DNA of 64,000 nt from Candidatus Saccharimonadota bacterium (GTDB lineage: Bacteria > Patescibacteriota > Saccharimonadia > Saccharimonadales > 2-12-FULL-41-12), in NCBI GenBank assembly GCA_022842995.1, contig JALHOM010000001.1, forward strand, positions 77,985-141,984, in the 5' to 3' direction. The notes beneath the pieces are model-generated. The model searched no databases. It saw nothing but the letters and a program-made list of their open reading frames with translations, and was not told the origin of the DNA. The stretch's first letter is position 1. Every line of letters begins with the position of its first letter. Of the stretch, positions 61,021 through 64,000 are shown one piece after another. Made by a program: the position numbers and the translations under genes.

Positions 61021-62121
61021 ATGAAAATTCTCGGGATCGAAACCAGCTTTGACGAAACAGGAGTTGCAGTCGTTGAGATTAACGACGACGGCAAGTTAGT
61101 TCTTCATTCTAACGCCGTATCTAGCAGTATTGATCTGAACTTGCAATACGGGGGCGTTGTACCAGAAATTGCTGCGCGGAGTCATATCGAATTTATGACG
61201 CCCGCCATCAAGCAAGCCCTATCACAGGCCTTCCCCGCAGAATCTGACCCGTGGCAACAGATTGACGGCATCGCCGTAACTCAAGGCCCCGGTCTCGGCG
61301 GCAGCCTACTTGTTGGTTTAACGACAGCTCGAACATTGGCAATCATCAAACAGAAGCCCCTCTATGCCATAAACCATGTCATGGCCCACCCATTCGCAGC
61401 CAGTATTGGTGCCGTCGGCTCCGCGCCAGAACTGCAAGACTACAAACTACCAGAAGCGACTGTTGAGTTCCCTTTTCTGGCGCTCATCGTCAGCGGCGGC
61501 CATAGTCAGCTCGTCTACTACTCTTCGGTAACCGAGTACCGCGTTGTCGGCAAAACCCGTGATGATGCAGGCGGAGAGGCCTTCGATAAAGTAGCAAAAA
61601 TACTCGGCCTCCCCTATCCTGGAGGATTAAACGTTTCTCTCAAGGCCCGCGAAGGCAACAAAGATAATTTCAATTTACCGCAACCCAAATTCCAGGACGC
61701 TCCATACGACTTAAGTTATTCTGGCCTCAAAACTGCCGTCCTGAGGGCCGCCCAAAGCGCAATCGGCGAAGATTACACATTCCCGTCTATAGGCCTGTCA
61801 GAGCGCCTCTCTGAAGCTCAGAAAGCCGATTTAGCAGCCAGTTTCGAATATGCGGCACTGAAGATGGTTGTTGATCGCACGAAAATGGCATATGAAGAAT
61901 TTGAGCCCCGCTGCGTTGTATTGGCTGGTGGAGTTGCCGCCAGTCCTGTCCTGCGTTCAATGCTGGAGGCCGTATTGCCTGTTAAGCCAATCTATCCCGA
62001 CATGAAACTATGCACCGACAACGGGGCCATGATCGCCGCCCTTGGTTGCTTGCAAGCCCAGGCTGGAGTTAACCCTGCGGACCCCTACTCGCTCGACATC
62101 AAGCCGACTTGGCCGATGTAA
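61021..62121 (+). CDS. tsaD: tRNA N6-adenosine threonylcarbamoyltransferase
   Basis: MKILGIETSFDETGVAVV, HVMAH metal motif, GGVAAS. Confidence 0.9.
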   Translation: MKILGIETSFDETGVAVVEINDDGKLVLHSNAVSSSIDLNLQYGGVVPEIAARSHIEFMTPAIKQALSQAFPAESDPWQQIDGIAVTQGPGLGGSLLVGLTTARTLAIIKQKPLYAINHVMAHPFAASIGAVGSAPELQDYKLPEATVEFPFLALIVSGGHSQLVYYSSVTEYRVVGKTRDDAGGEAFDKVAKILGLPYPGGLNVSLKAREGNKDNFNLPQPKFQDAPYDLSYSGLKTAVLRAAQSAIGEDYTFPSIGLSERLSEAQKADLAASFEYAALKMVVDRTKMAYEEFEPRCVVLAGGVAASPVLRSMLEAVLPVKPIYPDMKLCTDNGAMIAALGCLQAQAGVNPADPYSLDIKPTWPM

Positions 62122-62153
62122 TATCCGGTAATATTGTCTGTATCTTGTCAATG

Positions 62154-62182
62154 TTGCTTATGGTTAGCACCTCTGTTATAGT
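62154..62182 (+). promoter_or_regulatory. promoter candidate at the start of the long valS leader
   Basis: TTGCTT-N17-TATAGT. Confidence 0.4.
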
Positions 62183-62285
62183 TGTACTTATAAAAACAAA
62201 AAGTTTAGAGGCCTATTGCCAGCTAACCACGGCAATCGCACATCAAAGACAAAAGAGTGGTGGGAAATCAGCGATAAACTATGTC

Positions 62286-62338
62286 GATTTTCATGTGAAA
62301 ATCCTTGTATTTTGTTGCTGAAGTTTTTCACGTGAAAA
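62286..62338. promoter_or_regulatory. pair of related palindromes (candidate operator sites)
   Basis: GATTTTCA|TGAAAATC at 62286-62303 and TTTTCAC|GTGAAAA at 62325-62338. Shared core TTTTCAYGTGAAAA. Confidence 0.4.
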
Positions 62339-62549
62339 CACTTATGCATGCTTCCCCTCTACGCTGCTCTTCTGATTTTAATAATCTAACAGAGGTGATA
62401 TACTTATTTCCAAATGAGCATACAACAGTTGGTTGGTTCTGTACGGTCTGGCGTGCCACTCGGCACTGCTACTTTCTTATTCGCAAAATCACTACGTTAA
62501 ATAAACCTCGGACGAAACACATTAACTTCGAGGTGAAAAGGAACTTATC

Positions 62550-64000
62550 ATGAAACTACCTAAGGCTTATAACCCTTCTGATTACGAACCGAACATCTAT
62601 CAAATGTGGCTCGATAACGGGGTGTTTACCGCCAATCCATCCAGCAAAAAACCAACGTTCACCATCAGCATGCCGCCCCCTAACGAGACGGGCACATTGA
62701 GTATTGGCCATGCCCTCTTTTTGACACTACAAGACATCATGACACGACATGCGCGAGCTAGCGGCATGGACGCCCTATGGCTCCCTGGCACCGACCACGC
62801 TGCACTACCCGTAAACGCCATCATGGAAAAAACTTTGGCACATGAAGGAACTAACAAACACGAAATCGGTAGGGAAGAGTTTATCCGCCGGACGAAAGAC
62901 TTCGTTGGTAGCAGCCGACAAACCATGCTCGGCCAAATGCGAGCCATGGGAGCTAGCGCCGACTGGACGCGGCTTCGCTATACACTCGACGACGCCCTTA
63001 ACCGATGCGTAAACGAAACCTTTACCAAAATGTATAACGACGGCCTAATTTACCGTGGTGCGCGTATTGTTAACTGGGACCCAAACCTACAAACCACCAT
63101 TTCTGATGATGAAGTCGAACATGTTGACGAAACAACAACATTTTACACCTTCAAATACGGTCCTTTTGAGATTGGAACCGCCCGTCCAGAAACCAAATTT
63201 GGTGACAAATACGTAGTCATGCACCCCGACGATGAGCGCTACGCTCAGTACAAGCACGGCGACACCTTTGAAGCAGAGTGGATCAATGGGCCAATCATGG
63301 CCACCGTCATCAAAGACGAGGCCATAGATCCGGCCTTTGGCACCGGTGTTATGACCATCACGCCGTGGCACAGCCATGTCGACTTCGAAATAGCCGAACG
63401 TCACGGGCTAGAGAAAGAGCAAATTATCGACGAAAATGGCAATCTGCTAGCGATTGCAGGCGAGTTTAAGGGTATGAATATCCATGAGGCTCGCCCGCTT
63501 ATCGTTGAAAAACTCCGCGCAAAAGGCTTAGTCGTTAACGAAGACGCAAACTATCAGCACAGCGTCGCGGTCAACGAGAGAGGGAAGGGCATAATCGAGC
63601 CTCAAATCAAACTACAGTGGTGGATTGACGTCAATCGCCCGGTGGTCGACTGGAATGGCCATAAACGCTCGTTTAAAGAGATCTTGCAGTCAGTGGTCAA
63701 CGACGGCGATATCACCATCATCCCGAGTCGCTTCAACAAAAATTACTTCCACTGGATAGATAATCTTCGTGATTGGTGTATAAGCCGACAGATCTGGTGG
63801 GGACATCAGGTGCCCGCTTGGTATAAAACAGGGGCAGATGGGCAACAAGAGACCTATGTCGGCGTCTTGCCACCAGCAGATGAGTCTGGCTGGACGAGAG
63901 ATGAAGACACTCTGGACACCTGGTTTTCTTCGGCACTTTGGACCTGGTCTACACTGATCGACCAAGACGCTGCCCAAAATTACGAACTTTCTTTTGAGGA
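62550..64000 (+). CDS. valS: valine-tRNA ligase, 5' partial (continues beyond the window)
   Basis: Absent from the ORF track because there is no stop in the window. The ATG follows a GAGGTG RBS. MKLPKAYNPSDYEPNIYQMW..., PPPNETGTLSIGHA, GTDHAALP, WCISRQIWWGHQVPAWY. The frame stays open to position 64000. Confidence 0.9.
   Translation, partial: MKLPKAYNPSDYEPNIYQMWLDNGVFTANPSSKKPTFTISMPPPNETGTLSIGHALFLTLQDIMTRHARASGMDALWLPGTDHAALPVNAIMEKTLAHEGTNKHEIGREEFIRRTKDFVGSSRQTMLGQMRAMGASADWTRLRYTLDDALNRCVNETFTKMYNDGLIYRGARIVNWDPNLQTTISDDEVEHVDETTTFYTFKYGPFEIGTARPETKFGDKYVVMHPDDERYAQYKHGDTFEAEWINGPIMATVIKDEAIDPAFGTGVMTITPWHSHVDFEIAERHGLEKEQIIDENGNLLAIAGEFKGMNIHEARPLIVEKLRAKGLVVNEDANYQHSVAVNERGKGIIEPQIKLQWWIDVNRPVVDWNGHKRSFKEILQSVVNDGDITIIPSRFNKNYFHWIDNLRDWCISRQIWWGHQVPAWYKTGADGQQETYVGVLPPADESGWTRDEDTLDTWFSSALWTWSTLIDQDAAQNYELSFE

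Noticed and set aside
62189-62549. T-box riboswitch upstream of valS.
   Set aside because: There is no match to the conserved T-box sequence (AANNNGGGTGGTACCGCG) and no obvious specifier-loop/stem I architecture. The nearest string, AGAGTGGTGGGAAATCAGCG, is a poor match.
62305-62553. 82-aa ORF ending in an ATGA overlap with the valS start.
   Set aside because: It has a TTG start without an RBS, a composition rich in Cys/Trp/His/Phe, and it spans the palindromes and hairpins of the leader. It is more likely non-coding leader sequence, although translational coupling cannot be excluded.
62600-63977. Minus-strand ORFs 62600-62947, 63087-63404, 63690-63977 and 63733-63936.
   Set aside because: All lie antisense inside valS, which is unmistakable on the plus strand but missing from the ORF track because it has no in-window stop.

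Overview
Dense 64-kb window, mostly minus-strand and rich in housekeeping genes, with about 60 protein genes. The gene set and protein idiosyncrasies suggest a small-genome, monoderm-type bacterium resembling CPR/Patescibacteria (Saccharibacteria-like); that placement is inference only.

Recognisable genes:
- ftsK, rnj, a family-4-like UDG, pnp, rpsO, an ABC-F ATPase, truB, rpsT, holA, mutM
- an avtA-like aminotransferase, polA, and dnaG-rpoD followed by two extra sigma-70 paralogs
- a phytoene/squalene-synthase plus polyprenyl-synthase pair
- orn, a VanY-like peptidase, argS, PGI/PMI, and groES-groEL with CIRCE
- a processive GT2 synthase plus polysaccharide deacetylase, murE, tsaD
- the 5' part of valS, which is missing from the ORF track because it runs off the window

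I saw no tRNA, rRNA or CRISPR array. There is one IS1595-family element.

Signals the gene calls do not explain:
1. An ORF-free region of about 0.5 kb (3.5-4.1 kb) built from duplicated hairpin modules. Its G-U wobble pattern points to a plus-strand structured RNA that I cannot classify.
2. A leaderless Leu/Ala-rich mini-ORF with a terminator/antiterminator pair in front of the avtA-like gene.
3. A family of strictly 7-nt-phased tandem repeats filling several intergenic spacers. One copy is embedded in frame inside mutM.
4. An IS element sitting exactly at the junction of a segmental duplication that has conserved flanks and different cargo genes.
5. A tandem sigma-factor triplet with a leftover rpoD 3' fragment.
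6. DnaG and UDG proteins that have lost all their canonical metal-ligand residues.
7. Two paralogous proteins with PD-(D/E)xK-like motifs next to the exopolysaccharide genes.

All coordinates of small motifs were indexed by hand and may be off by 1-2 nt. No database search or folding computation was run.
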